64,000 nt of DNA, taken from an uncultured Candidatus Saccharibacteria bacterium (GTDB taxonomy: Bacteria > Patescibacteriota > Minisyncoccia > Phycocordibacterales > Phycocordibacteraceae). The stretch covers positions 9,258-73,257 of the forward strand of contig CAYGGK010000002.1 in the NCBI GenBank assembly GCA_964349555.1. The letters run 5' to 3'. Position numbers and translations under genes: made by a program. Every line of letters begins with the position of its first letter. Positions within the stretch are counted from its first letter, which is position 1. The notes beneath the pieces are model-generated. The model saw nothing but the letters and a program-made list of their open reading frames with translations. It was not told where the DNA came from and ran no database searches. Below are positions 18,346 through 26,856 of this stretch, piece by piece.

Positions 18346-19986
18346 CTACATTTTCTCCGGTGTGGGGATACCGAGAAGCATGAGACCGTTCGTCATGGTG
18401 GAGACAAAGGCTCGCGCAACGAGAAGATGGTGCCCCTCATGCGCTCCGCCGATAATCCGCTCTTGCGCATAAAAAGAATTCCATTCGCCCGCGAGCTCGG
18501 TGAGATAATTCACGAGCAAGTTCGGGGCGAGCTCGCGCGCGGCTCGCGCGGTAATTTCCGGGAAATGAAGAATAATGCGTTCCAGAACATACGGATTCTC
18601 CTGTACTTCCGCATCTGATGCGTCAGCACGAGCCTGCTGGCTCGCTCTTGCGAGCACGCTTCGTGCCCGAACAAGTGCATATTGCAGATACGGCCCCGAG
18701 TCGCCTTCAAGCGAAAGCGATTTTTCTTCATCAAAGATGATGTCCGAGCCGGGCGCCTGCCGGAGGATCATGTATTTAATAGCTCCGATAGCAACCTGCT
18801 CGGCGATAAGCGGATCTTCATTTTTCTCACTCACCTTCTCAATCACGCTTTGGATAAAGTCAGTGGCGGCAATGACATTCCCTTCGCGCGAAGACATCTT
18901 CTCTCCCGAGGAAAGCTTCAGAAATCCTGTTGCGATAACTTCGGTTTTCGCGGCGAGAAGCGGAGCAACTTCAGAGAGTGCCGCGAGCACAGTCTTGAAG
19001 CGTCCGGTCTGCTCATTGCCGGTCACGACAACGACCTTGCTTGAGGGCCATCGCTCCTCTTTAAGAAATGCGAGGCCGATATCCTTGGCCTCGTAGGTCG
19101 GTGTGTTCTTTGAGGTTATAAAGACCATCGTGTGAACGCCCTTCTTCTCGCCGTTATAAATAACAGCGCCATCGCTCATCTCAAAGATCCCCTTCTCGAG
19201 TCCATCGCGCACCACGCGTAGCCCTGTCTCGGTTGTATCGCTGTCAAAAAATTCAAAATCAAAGCGTGTCCCGAGCAATTTCCAAATGCGACGAAACTCT
19301 GCTACCGACACGTCGCGGCCCTTTCTCCAGAGTTCCATCAGACTCTTGTCCGTACCAGCGTAGATCGCTTGATTAAGTGCGTCTATCTCTTCTCTCACCT
19401 GCGTATCGGTCTCGTACGCGCTTGAGCCCTCTGCGTACGCCTCGCCGACCTCTCGTGCACTTGCGGGCTCGGCGACACCACTCTTCTGCAGACCCCAGAG
19501 CGCCTTCGCAACATTCGGCCCGATATCGCCACCGAAGGTGTCCCGCGCCACGGTCGCTCCCGTATTTTCAATGAGCCGTGCAGCCGACTCGCCGATAACG
19601 GTCCCTACCAAATGTCCGATATGCATCTCTTTAAATACATTTGGATTTGAGTATTCAACCATAACTCTCCTCCCCCTAAACACTTCGTTCTGCGAAGTGT
19701 CGGGCGACCCAGCTTCGCTGGGTTTAGCCTTCCCCCATTCCTCACCTTTCGCATAAGCTTCGGCAATGGCGAGCGTCACCGCCGCGCGCGAGAGCGTAAT
19801 GTTCACGAATCCCTTTCCCGCGACTTCAACTTTCGCCGCGGACTCGCCGAGCTCGCTGCGGATCGCCTGCGCCGCCGACTCTGCCTGTTCCGGCCCAATA
19901 AAAACAGAGTAGTCGCCAAAATCAAGGTGCGGCGGCCGTCGAATAACCACCTCTCTCCCGATCGCTTTTCGTATCCGCTCTTCCAT
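18346..19986 (-). CDS. argS: arginyl-tRNA synthetase
   Basis: N-terminal Arg_tRNA_synt_N domain, EYSNPNVFKEMHIGHLVGT (HIGH), DALR anticodon-binding C-terminus. Confidence 0.9.
   Translation of the reverse strand: MEERIRKAIGREVVIRRPPHLDFGDYSVFIGPEQAESAAQAIRSELGESAAKVEVAGKGFVNITLSRAAVTLAIAEAYAKGEEWGKAKPSEAGSPDTSQNEVFRGRRVMVEYSNPNVFKEMHIGHLVGTVIGESAARLIENTGATVARDTFGGDIGPNVAKALWGLQKSGVAEPASAREVGEAYAEGSSAYETDTQVREEIDALNQAIYAGTDKSLMELWRKGRDVSVAEFRRIWKLLGTRFDFEFFDSDTTETGLRVVRDGLEKGIFEMSDGAVIYNGEKKGVHTMVFITSKNTPTYEAKDIGLAFLKEERWPSSKVVVVTGNEQTGRFKTVLAALSEVAPLLAAKTEVIATGFLKLSSGEKMSSREGNVIAATDFIQSVIEKVSEKNEDPLIAEQVAIGAIKYMILRQAPGSDIIFDEEKSLSLEGDSGPYLQYALVRARSVLARASQQARADASDAEVQENPYVLERIILHFPEITARAARELAPNLLVNYLTELAGEWNSFYAQERIIGGAHEGHHLLVARAFVSTMTNGLMLLGIPTPEKM
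19680..19723. repeat. pair of adjacent hairpins (ACACTTCG-TTCTG-CGAAGTGT and ACCCAGC-TTC-GCTGGGT) inside the argS inter-domain linker (encodes ..KPSEAGSPDTSQNEVF..)
   Basis: Seen in sequence; located in a low-complexity linker between the N-terminal and catalytic domains. Confidence 0.5.
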
Positions 19987-20005
19987 TACAAAAGAGTGTA
20001 GCAGA

Positions 20006-21268
20006 TTATATAAATGACTCGGGGATGGGGTGCGAAAGCGAGAGTTTCTTTATTTCTTGTTTCGCCTCCGCGACCGCCGCGTCGTCGCGCCTCGTCAGCA
20101 CGTCTACCATACTCTCTGCGACCTGCGCGGACTCGGTACGCCCTAGCCCGCGCGTCGTCATCGCGGGCGTGCCGAAGCGGATGCCGGAGGGGTCCATCGG
20201 CCCGCGCGTATCGTCTGCTATCGCATTTTTATTAAGGGTGATGCCGGCGCGATCAAGAAGCAATTCTGCTTCAGCCCCACCGATGCCAAACGATGTCCAC
20301 ACATCAAGCAGAATGAGGTGGTTATCCGAGCCGCCAGTTATCATCCGCGATCCATGTTTCTTAAAAACTGTTTCCATCGCTTTTGTGTTCAAGAGTATTT
20401 GTTTTGCATACGTTTGGAATGCCGGTTGGAGTGCTTCGTTAAATGCTACCGCCTTCGCGGCAATCTGGTGCATGTGCGGACCGCCCTGAAAGCCGGGAAA
20501 CACTGCTTTATCTATCTTCTTCGCGATTTCCTCACTCTCACGCGTAAGTATCATGCCGCCGCGCGGGCCGCGAAGCGTCTTGTGCGTCGTGGTCGTCATG
20601 AGGTCAAAGCCGTAGTCAAAAGGGTTCTTCGCAACGCCCCCTGCGATAAGTCCGGCGATGTGCGCGATGTCCATCACTGCGAGCGCTCCAACCTCACGAG
20701 CGATATCGACAAATTTTGCGTAGTCGAGCTCGCGCGGATACGCCGAGAAGCCCGCGAGCACAATTTTCGGCTTCACTTCTTTGGCGACTCGACGCATTTC
20801 TTCATAGTCAATCTCTCCTGTCTCTACGTCCTTCATCTTATACCGCACGAAGTTGAAGATTTTTGTGAGATACGTCACCGGATGACCGTGAGTCAGGTGC
20901 CCTCCGTGCGAGAGGTCCATGCCGAGCACTGTGTCGCCGGGTTCTAACAAAGCGAAGTACATCGCGATGTTCGCATTCGCGCCGCCGAGCGGCTGTACGT
21001 TCGCGTATGCCGCACCGAAAAGTTTTTTCGCCCGCTCAATAGCAAGCATTTCCACCTTATCCGTGAACTCTTGTCCGCCGTAATAGCGCTTGCCCGGATA
21101 CCCCTCTGAATATTTGTTCGTGAGAGAGGATGCCATTGCTTCCTTCACCGCACGCGATACGTAGTTCTCCGACGGAATAAGCTCCAGTCCTTCCGCCTGC
21201 CGCCGCTCTTCCCCGACGAGGGCGTCATATAGCTCGGGGTCTTCTTTTTCTATAAACGGAAACTCCAT
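20006..21268 (-). CDS. glyA: serine hydroxymethyltransferase
   Basis: LELIPSENYVSRAVKEAMASSLTNKYSEGYPGKRYYGG..., PLP-lysine region TTTTHKTLRGPRGG. Confidence 0.95.
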   Translation of the reverse strand: MEFPFIEKEDPELYDALVGEERRQAEGLELIPSENYVSRAVKEAMASSLTNKYSEGYPGKRYYGGQEFTDKVEMLAIERAKKLFGAAYANVQPLGGANANIAMYFALLEPGDTVLGMDLSHGGHLTHGHPVTYLTKIFNFVRYKMKDVETGEIDYEEMRRVAKEVKPKIVLAGFSAYPRELDYAKFVDIAREVGALAVMDIAHIAGLIAGGVAKNPFDYGFDLMTTTTHKTLRGPRGGMILTRESEEIAKKIDKAVFPGFQGGPHMHQIAAKAVAFNEALQPAFQTYAKQILLNTKAMETVFKKHGSRMITGGSDNHLILLDVWTSFGIGGAEAELLLDRAGITLNKNAIADDTRGPMDPSGIRFGTPAMTTRGLGRTESAQVAESMVDVLTRRDDAAVAEAKQEIKKLSLSHPIPESFI

Positions 21269-21365
21269 GGGGACACTGTATCATGTTTGACTATTCACCC
21301 ATGTTCCGTATGATGCGTAAGGACAACGACTCAACAATGCAGCTCATTACAGGAGAGGTCAGTTC

Positions 21366-22250
21366 ATGGAAAACTCTTATACGTCGCTCTCTGGGCGGAT
21401 GCCGGACACGCAATACCGAGATCGCCTCTCGTACATCCTTGACCGCGGGGAGTTGGTGAAGGACACGCCGCAAGGAGTTGGAGCACGTACCTGCTTCGGA
21501 ACGCTCGCGCCGATGGTCTTCCCTCTTTCTAACGGCGTACCGCTTATTACCGAACGCAAAATTGCTTTCTGGAGAAAAGCCATCGCCGAAATCATTGCCT
21601 TCATCAACGGCGCGCGCACTATTGATGAAATCGAATCGTTTGGTTGCGACTTCTGGAAGGACTACCGCGGGAAAGGTGCGGAGCTTGGATTGGAGCCAAA
21701 CGATATGGGACCAGGCTCGTACGGTTCGGCCTTCCATGATTTCGAAATTCCGGGGGGAGGGGTTCTGAATCAGTTCGCACAACTCATTGAACAGATTCGT
21801 CTCTATCCGACAATGCGAACGCACCTTGTCACGCCATGGAAACCGTATTACACGGCACGCGGTCCAAACAGGAAAGTCATCGTGGCACCCTGTCATGGCT
21901 GGCTCCAGTTTCGCATCATTAATAAGAGTCTCCATATGCGAATGGACCAGCGTTCTGCGGACATGCCCGTCGGGGTGCCCTCAAATATGGTTCAGTATGC
22001 GGCCCTCTTCTTGATGGTGTGCCAGGTAACAGGTTATCGGCCAGGCGATTATGTGCATAGCTTCGCTGATGCACATATCTACGAGAACCAAGCTGATGTG
22101 GTACGGGAGTTGGTCAAACGCGAACCACGACCCTTTCCTATGTTGCGGCTCGACCCGACGGTGAAAGATTTGTTCGACTTCCGGGTTGAACACTTTTCAC
22201 TCGAAGAATACGATCCTCATCCGGCCATGAAAATGCCATACAGCCCGTGA
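21366..22250 (+). CDS. thyA: thymidylate synthase (ThyA type)
   Basis: Catalytic Cys region VIVAPCHGWLQFRI, DQRSADMPVGVPSNMVQYAAL, ..DAHIYENQ. Confidence 0.9.
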   Translation: MENSYTSLSGRMPDTQYRDRLSYILDRGELVKDTPQGVGARTCFGTLAPMVFPLSNGVPLITERKIAFWRKAIAEIIAFINGARTIDEIESFGCDFWKDYRGKGAELGLEPNDMGPGSYGSAFHDFEIPGGGVLNQFAQLIEQIRLYPTMRTHLVTPWKPYYTARGPNRKVIVAPCHGWLQFRIINKSLHMRMDQRSADMPVGVPSNMVQYAALFLMVCQVTGYRPGDYVHSFADAHIYENQADVVRELVKREPRPFPMLRLDPTVKDLFDFRVEHFSLEEYDPHPAMKMPYSP

Positions 22251-22269
22251 CCCACTTGTTGCGAATCAA

Positions 22270-22297
22270 ACTGCTCCCTCGGGAGCAGTTCTTTTTT
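22270..22297 (+). terminator. rho-independent terminator after thyA (AAACTGCTCCC-TCG-GGAGCAGTT + TTTTTT)
   Basis: Perfect 10-bp stem followed by a T-run. Confidence 0.7.
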
Positions 22298-22328
22298 ATA
22301 GCCAGACGTGGTATATCGTTGGTAACCC

Positions 22329-22793
22329 ATGGCCTCAAAGAAACAGCGTGTCGATGCAAAAAATGCGACTATCGTGAAGCGCAGTGATTATACGCGGACA
22401 CTCAACGCAATCATTAGGGGTGGCTTCTGTCCTTTTTGTGAAGAACATCTTTTCAAACATCATCGACGGCCACTTCTAGACAAAACTAGGCACTGGCTCG
22501 TCACTGAAAACGCGTGGCCCTATACGGGATCTCAATTTCACCTCTTGCTCGTCACACGAATACATATCGAAACAATAGAAGAGATGTCACCAGCCGTGTG
22601 GACCGATCTCCACAAACAGTATCAGTCACTGGTAAAGAAGTACCGCATAAAAGGTGCGGCGCTCATGATTCGTTCCGGTGATACGCGCTTCACTGGAGCA
22701 TCCGTCAACCATCTGCACGCTCATCTTGTCGTCGGTACTCAACGAACAAAAAGCGCGAAGCCTATCAAAGCACTAATCGGCTTCAAGAAATAA
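22329..22793 (+). CDS. HIT-family (histidine triad) nucleotide hydrolase/transferase
   Basis: C-terminal HIT motif NHLHAHLVVG; about 150 aa. Confidence 0.65.
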   Translation: MASKKQRVDAKNATIVKRSDYTRTLNAIIRGGFCPFCEEHLFKHHRRPLLDKTRHWLVTENAWPYTGSQFHLLLVTRIHIETIEEMSPAVWTDLHKQYQSLVKKYRIKGAALMIRSGDTRFTGASVNHLHAHLVVGTQRTKSAKPIKALIGFKK

Positions 22794-22799
22794 AAGACT

Positions 22800-22827
22800 C
22801 CCTCGCCCTTTCGGGTCGAGGGAGCTT
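22800..22827. terminator. bidirectional hairpin terminator between the convergent HIT and dCMP deaminase genes (CTCCCTCG...CGAGGGAG; T-run on minus strand)
   Basis: 8-bp stem with a structured loop; TCTTTTATTTCTT follows on the minus strand. Confidence 0.55.
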
Positions 22828-22840
22828 AGCCAGCCGCACG

Positions 22841-23683
22841 TCACATTTCCACACGGATGATTTCTATACCCTTCGCTTGAAGCGTTTCTGCCCCAGCGAC
22901 GAGCGAGTAGCCGTCCGTATAGTAGAGGCGTTTGATGCCAGTAAATGAACAAAGATAGGCGCATGGAGGGCAGGGGAAAGTGGTCACATAGAGGTCGCAC
23001 CCCTCCATAGAGAGCCCACGCCGCGCCGCTTCAGCAACAATTCCGGCTTCGGCGTGGAGAGCGCCTGATACATCAATGCGTTGCCCTGGCTCGAAGTTGC
23101 TTCGTGGATCGCCGTAGAGGTAAGCGCTCTGCTCGCTCGGCACATGCTGGTTGAAAGCAGCGAGTAGGACACTCTTGTTCTCATTGACGAGAAGCGCCCC
23201 TATCTGCCGCCACCAATCAGGGCTTCGGTTTGCGCAAGCAAAGGCAGAGCGCATCAGTTCGCGATCGAGTTCATCGACCGAAACGACACGTTCATTCTCG
23301 GGACGCCGAAACACATTAGTCGCGCCCCAATCCCAACGAAGCCGCCATTGGCCATCGAATGTGACTTTTCTGTCTGCGAAATATTTTTCCGCGAACGCGT
23401 GAGCTACATCTTCATCAGGCATGACGATTGAGTCCTGTTGCACTTCCTCAAGTGCGCTAGATGTCAAAATACGGACATCGGCGAAGATATCGAGAGCCTT
23501 TATCATCGCCTGCGCCTCTTCTGGGCGTACACCCGGCAGATGCCGAGCAAGTGAGGGAAAGGTCTCTATGAACTCACTGCCGAGCACATACAAAATGCCT
23601 CCTTCATATGCCCGGAAGAGTTTCAGATAGCCTTCGTGCGGCGTTGAAACATACGCGATGACGATCTTATCTTTCGAGCTCAT
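22841..23683 (-). CDS. dCMP/cytidine deaminase-fold protein with a roughly 150-aa N-terminal extension (probable dCMP deaminase)
   Basis: Zinc-binding motifs HAEAGIVAEAARRG and PCPPCA in the C-terminal half; adjacent to thyA. Confidence 0.7.
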   Translation of the reverse strand: MSSKDKIVIAYVSTPHEGYLKLFRAYEGGILYVLGSEFIETFPSLARHLPGVRPEEAQAMIKALDIFADVRILTSSALEEVQQDSIVMPDEDVAHAFAEKYFADRKVTFDGQWRLRWDWGATNVFRRPENERVVSVDELDRELMRSAFACANRSPDWWRQIGALLVNENKSVLLAAFNQHVPSEQSAYLYGDPRSNFEPGQRIDVSGALHAEAGIVAEAARRGLSMEGCDLYVTTFPCPPCAYLCSFTGIKRLYYTDGYSLVAGAETLQAKGIEIIRVEM

Positions 23684-24293
23684 CGTGCACCTCCTTTAAG
23701 ACCGAAGCGAGTTTTCGTTCAACATTCAAGAGAACGCCTGCAGCCCCATCAAAAGAAAGCCGACGGATGCGTGATGTTGTGCTCGTATCCGCTTGTGGCG
23801 GAAGGTTCACAATGTGGACGCATTGTTGCTGAATCATCTCAATCTGCGGAAGATCAGTGGTGGACTGTGAGATGATGCGAACGTGATGTTTAACCACCCT
23901 GAAGAGTTGGTCTGCTTCGTGCTGAAGAGTGATAATATCAATCGACCGCAGGTGTCCGAGCATCCGGAGACGCTCATCCTCTGAAACGATTGGTCGATCC
24001 GGGCCTTTACGCTGTTTCGTGAAGGCGTCACTGTCCACGCCGACGACCATAATGATGTGGTCGGCATCCGAGTATAGTTTCGCAACTTCCTCTTTTCCAT
24101 GCTGGATGTACTCGGCATGACCGATGTGGATGAGATCCCACACGCCGGTCGTGAAGCCGATAATGCATCCCATGGAGCGCAAATTCCCAATGAGCTCCGT
24201 AAGGACCTCATGTTCCGGTATGAACCGGTCTTCGAAGGTCGCTGTGCCTTTAATGATACGCAACGCGCGCTCTTGAATAGTACTGCCTGCCAT
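23667..24293 (-). CDS. cytidylyltransferase-like nucleotidyltransferase (HxGH motif; TagD/NadD/CoaD superfamily)
   Basis: GFTTGVWDLIHIGHAEYIQ matches the (T/H)xGH nucleotidyltransferase signature. Confidence 0.55.
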   Translation of the reverse strand: MAGSTIQERALRIIKGTATFEDRFIPEHEVLTELIGNLRSMGCIIGFTTGVWDLIHIGHAEYIQHGKEEVAKLYSDADHIIMVVGVDSDAFTKQRKGPDRPIVSEDERLRMLGHLRSIDIITLQHEADQLFRVVKHHVRIISQSTTDLPQIEMIQQQCVHIVNLPPQADTSTTSRIRRLSFDGAAGVLLNVERKLASVLKEVHDELER

Positions 24294-24358
24294 GGCTTAG
24301 TCCTCCAAAAAATGAACATTTACCCTGGCGAACTGTACACACGAGAGCGATAAAAAGC

Positions 24359-24392
24359 AAACCGCCCCGACAGCTCCGCTGTCGGGGCGGTT
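24359..24392 (-). terminator. strong hairpin terminator downstream of rplK (AAACCGCCCCGACAGC-TCCG-GCTGTCGGGGCGGTTT flanked by A/T runs)
   Basis: 16-bp perfect stem with flanking A- and T-runs (bidirectional potential). Confidence 0.7.
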
Positions 24393-24403
24393 TCTGTATA
24401 AAA

Positions 24404-24823
24404 CTATTTAACGTCAATCCCCATACTCCGCGCCGTACCCGCAATAAGACGCGCGGCGGCCTCGGGGCTGTTCGCATTCAAGTCCGGCATCTTCTCTTCA
24501 ACAATCGTTGCTATCTGCGCCTTCGTGATAGTGCCAGCCTTCTGCTCGCGCGCCTTGCTCGAACCTTTCTCTATGCCAAGCGCCTTGAGGATAAGGCGCG
24601 AGGCGGGCGGATTCTTCATAATGAAGGTGAAGGAGCGGTCGTCGTAGACCGAGAGTTCTACCGGGATGATGGTCCCTTTCTTGTCAGCCGTCGCGGCGTT
24701 GAACTGGGTCACGAACTGCCCGATATTCACGCCAGCGGGGCCAAGCGCGGTGCCCACTGGAGGCGCGGGCGTCGCCGCCCCTCCGGGAATTTGCAATTTA
24801 ATCTTTTTAACTACGGTGGCCAT
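24404..24823 (-). CDS. rplK: 50S ribosomal protein L11
   Basis: [30 protein letters not shown]... canonical L11. Confidence 0.95.
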   Translation of the reverse strand: MATVVKKIKLQIPGGAATPAPPVGTALGPAGVNIGQFVTQFNAATADKKGTIIPVELSVYDDRSFTFIMKNPPASRLILKALGIEKGSSKAREQKAGTITKAQIATIVEEKMPDLNANSPEAAARLIAGTARSMGIDVK

Positions 24824-24840
24824 GGTGCTGTGACTCTACT

Positions 24841-25509
24841 CTAAAGTTTCCGTATTTGCAAAAAGTCGAGTTCGACCGGTGTTTCGCGCCCGAACATGGA
24901 GACCATTACCTTCACCTTCCCGCGATCCTCGTCTATCTCTCCCACCTTGCCTTCCAAATCCTTGAACGGGCCGTCTGCAATCACCACGGGGTCGTCCTTC
25001 ACGAGGTCAATACGATGTTTTGGCGCCTCGGCGGTCATACGCTTCATAAGCGTCGCGACCTCGGACGCTTCCATCGGGACCGGCGTGTTGCCGCTCCCGA
25101 CGAAGCCAGTAACGCGCGGCGTGTTGCGCACCACGAACCACGAATCGTCGTCAACAATCATGCGCACGAGGATGTAGCCCGGATAAATCTTCTCCTCCTC
25201 CACAATGCGCTTCCCGCCCTTCACGCGAATCTTCTTTTCAGTTGGAACGATGACCTCAAATATTTTCCCTTCCATGCCGAGCGACTCTATGCGCTGTTTT
25301 AAGTTGCGTTCAACCGCGTTTTCGTAGCCGGCGTAGGTGTGGATAGTGTACCAATGAGCGTCCTTCTCATTTGGTACCGTCTCGTCACGAATCTCTTTAC
25401 GTACTGACGGCGCAATGTCTGCCATGCCGATTTCCTCTTCAGGCAAATCTACTTCCTCCGTCAGCACCTTCGGCATTTCGCCGCTGTTTTGATTTTGGGT
25501 ATCGTCCAT
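24841..25509 (-). CDS. nusG: transcription termination/antitermination factor NusG (with N-terminal extension)
   Basis: NGN domain WYTIHTYAGYENAV..., KOW domain GPFKDLEGKVGEIDEDRGKVKVMV; nusG-rplK synteny. Confidence 0.9.
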   Translation of the reverse strand: MDDTQNQNSGEMPKVLTEEVDLPEEEIGMADIAPSVRKEIRDETVPNEKDAHWYTIHTYAGYENAVERNLKQRIESLGMEGKIFEVIVPTEKKIRVKGGKRIVEEEKIYPGYILVRMIVDDDSWFVVRNTPRVTGFVGSGNTPVPMEASEVATLMKRMTAEAPKHRIDLVKDDPVVIADGPFKDLEGKVGEIDEDRGKVKVMVSMFGRETPVELDFLQIRKL

Positions 25510-25518
25510 AGGAAAGAA

Positions 25519-25704
25519 TTATCCGCCGATGATGCGGCTTGTTATCGAGCTGAAGACGTAATCAAAGAATCCGACAGCAATCGCAATCGCGAGCGCGATG
25601 CCGATGACAACGAGCGTATGCGCGAGCGCCGTCCTGTTGCTCGGCCACACAATATGCGTGAATTCTTCACGAACGTGCCTCAGATAAGTGAATAATGAAG
25701 TCAT
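25519..25704 (-). CDS. secE: preprotein translocase subunit SecE
   Basis: 61 aa, single C-terminal TM; conserved EFTHIVWPSN motif region; secE-nusG synteny. Confidence 0.8.
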   Translation of the reverse strand: MTSLFTYLRHVREEFTHIVWPSNRTALAHTLVVIGIALAIAIAVGFFDYVFSSITSRIIGG

Positions 25705-25723
25705 AGTGAAATAGTCAGGTTAA

Positions 25724-25762
25724 CCCAGCACCTAATTTTTGTTGCAAAAATTAGGTGCTGGG
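25724..25762. repeat. long perfect hairpin (18-bp stem CCCAGCACCTAATTTTTG / CAAAAATTAGGTGCTGGG, 3-nt loop) upstream of secE
   Basis: Seen in sequence; intergenic. Confidence 0.6.
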
Positions 25763-25786
25763 TGAAATAAAAAAGCCCTGCGGGCT
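25763..25786 (-). terminator. rho-independent terminator for the SIMPL-domain gene (GCCC-GCA-GGGC + TTTTTTATTT on minus strand)
   Basis: Short GC stem followed by a T-run on the minus strand. Confidence 0.5.
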
Positions 25787-25831
25787 CTCGATAATGAGAG
25801 CATACTATGACCCCTCAAACACGTCAACCGT

Positions 25832-26635
25832 CTAGCGGATTTCGTAGGTGATGGAGACGGAGGCGTTGTAGGTGTTCTCGCCGGTCGGGATGTTCGGCGC
25901 CTCGGCTTTAGAGAGTACGGCGTCACCACCCATGCCGTACATCATCGGATACGGATACCCGCCCGAAGATTCACTGAAGTTCACGATCTTGCCGAGACGA
26001 ACGCCAAGTTGTTTGGCGAGAAGTTTTGCCTGCTTCTTCGCCTTGTCGATAGCGTCTGCGCGTGCCGCGTTATACCCGGCGGTTGAGTCGTCAAGAGCAA
26101 GGGCCGGGCCATTCACATTCTGCACCTCGAGAGAACCGAGGCCGCCGAGGAGCTCTCCTGTCTTCGACAAGTCGCGCATCGTCACCTGTATCGTCTGCGC
26201 AACATGATAGCCCGTTATCTTCGGCGTACCGCTATAGGTCGGGCAGAGCGCGCCAGGCGAACATGGGTTCGGATACGAGTACTGCGGAGAGATGTTGTAG
26301 GAGAGAGTCTTCACATCTTTGTCGTCAATGCCCTGCTCCTTCACATACTCGATGGCGGCGTTGGCCTGCTTAGTGGTAGCCGCCTGTGCCTCACTGACGG
26401 TCGCCGACGTGTTCTCAACCGTGAAGGAAATGCGCGCGACGTCCGGGGGCAGTGTCGCTTGGCCGTTGCCCTGCACGGTAATCGTGTCGGTCGCTGGCAT
26501 ACCCGAGCGGCCGAAGTTCGTCGCCGTATGTATCGTCTCTGCGAGAAGGAAGAGTGCGAGAATGGAGAGCGCGCCGATAAGCGCGATGCGCACGCCTCCG
26601 TTGTCAAATATTTCGTAGAGTGAATTGCTGTTCAT
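25832..26635 (-). CDS. SIMPL-domain (DUF541/BP26-OMP28-like) periplasmic/secreted protein
   Basis: N-terminal signal anchor, typical SIMPL length; VQGNGQATLPPDVARISF..TVEN pattern. Confidence 0.65.
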   Translation of the reverse strand: MNSNSLYEIFDNGGVRIALIGALSILALFLLAETIHTATNFGRSGMPATDTITVQGNGQATLPPDVARISFTVENTSATVSEAQAATTKQANAAIEYVKEQGIDDKDVKTLSYNISPQYSYPNPCSPGALCPTYSGTPKITGYHVAQTIQVTMRDLSKTGELLGGLGSLEVQNVNGPALALDDSTAGYNAARADAIDKAKKQAKLLAKQLGVRLGKIVNFSESSGGYPYPMMYGMGGDAVLSKAEAPNIPTGENTYNASVSITYEIR

Positions 26636-26856
26636 GGTATTTGATGATTAGTTGCTTACCCCCTAGTATACAACATTCGGGGCGACGTCGTAGAGGATGT
26701 TAAAATAATCAGTAGGAATAGTATAGATGATTGATGATTATCGTTTGAGCGAATCGAGAGATTGTTGCTTATCATAAATAATAGCGTAGGATACTCTCGG
26801 AAACGGATACAGGTATCCGAGGCCTTTTCAATCAACTACAAACGGGAGGAAAACCC

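Noticed and set aside
26650-26856. Possible riboswitch or T-box in the thrC leader (nested hairpin CTCGG..GGATAC-AG-GTATCC..CCGAG)
   Set aside because: No recognisable conserved riboswitch core (SAM, T-box specifier/T-box sequence) could be identified by eye. A lone hairpin is insufficient.
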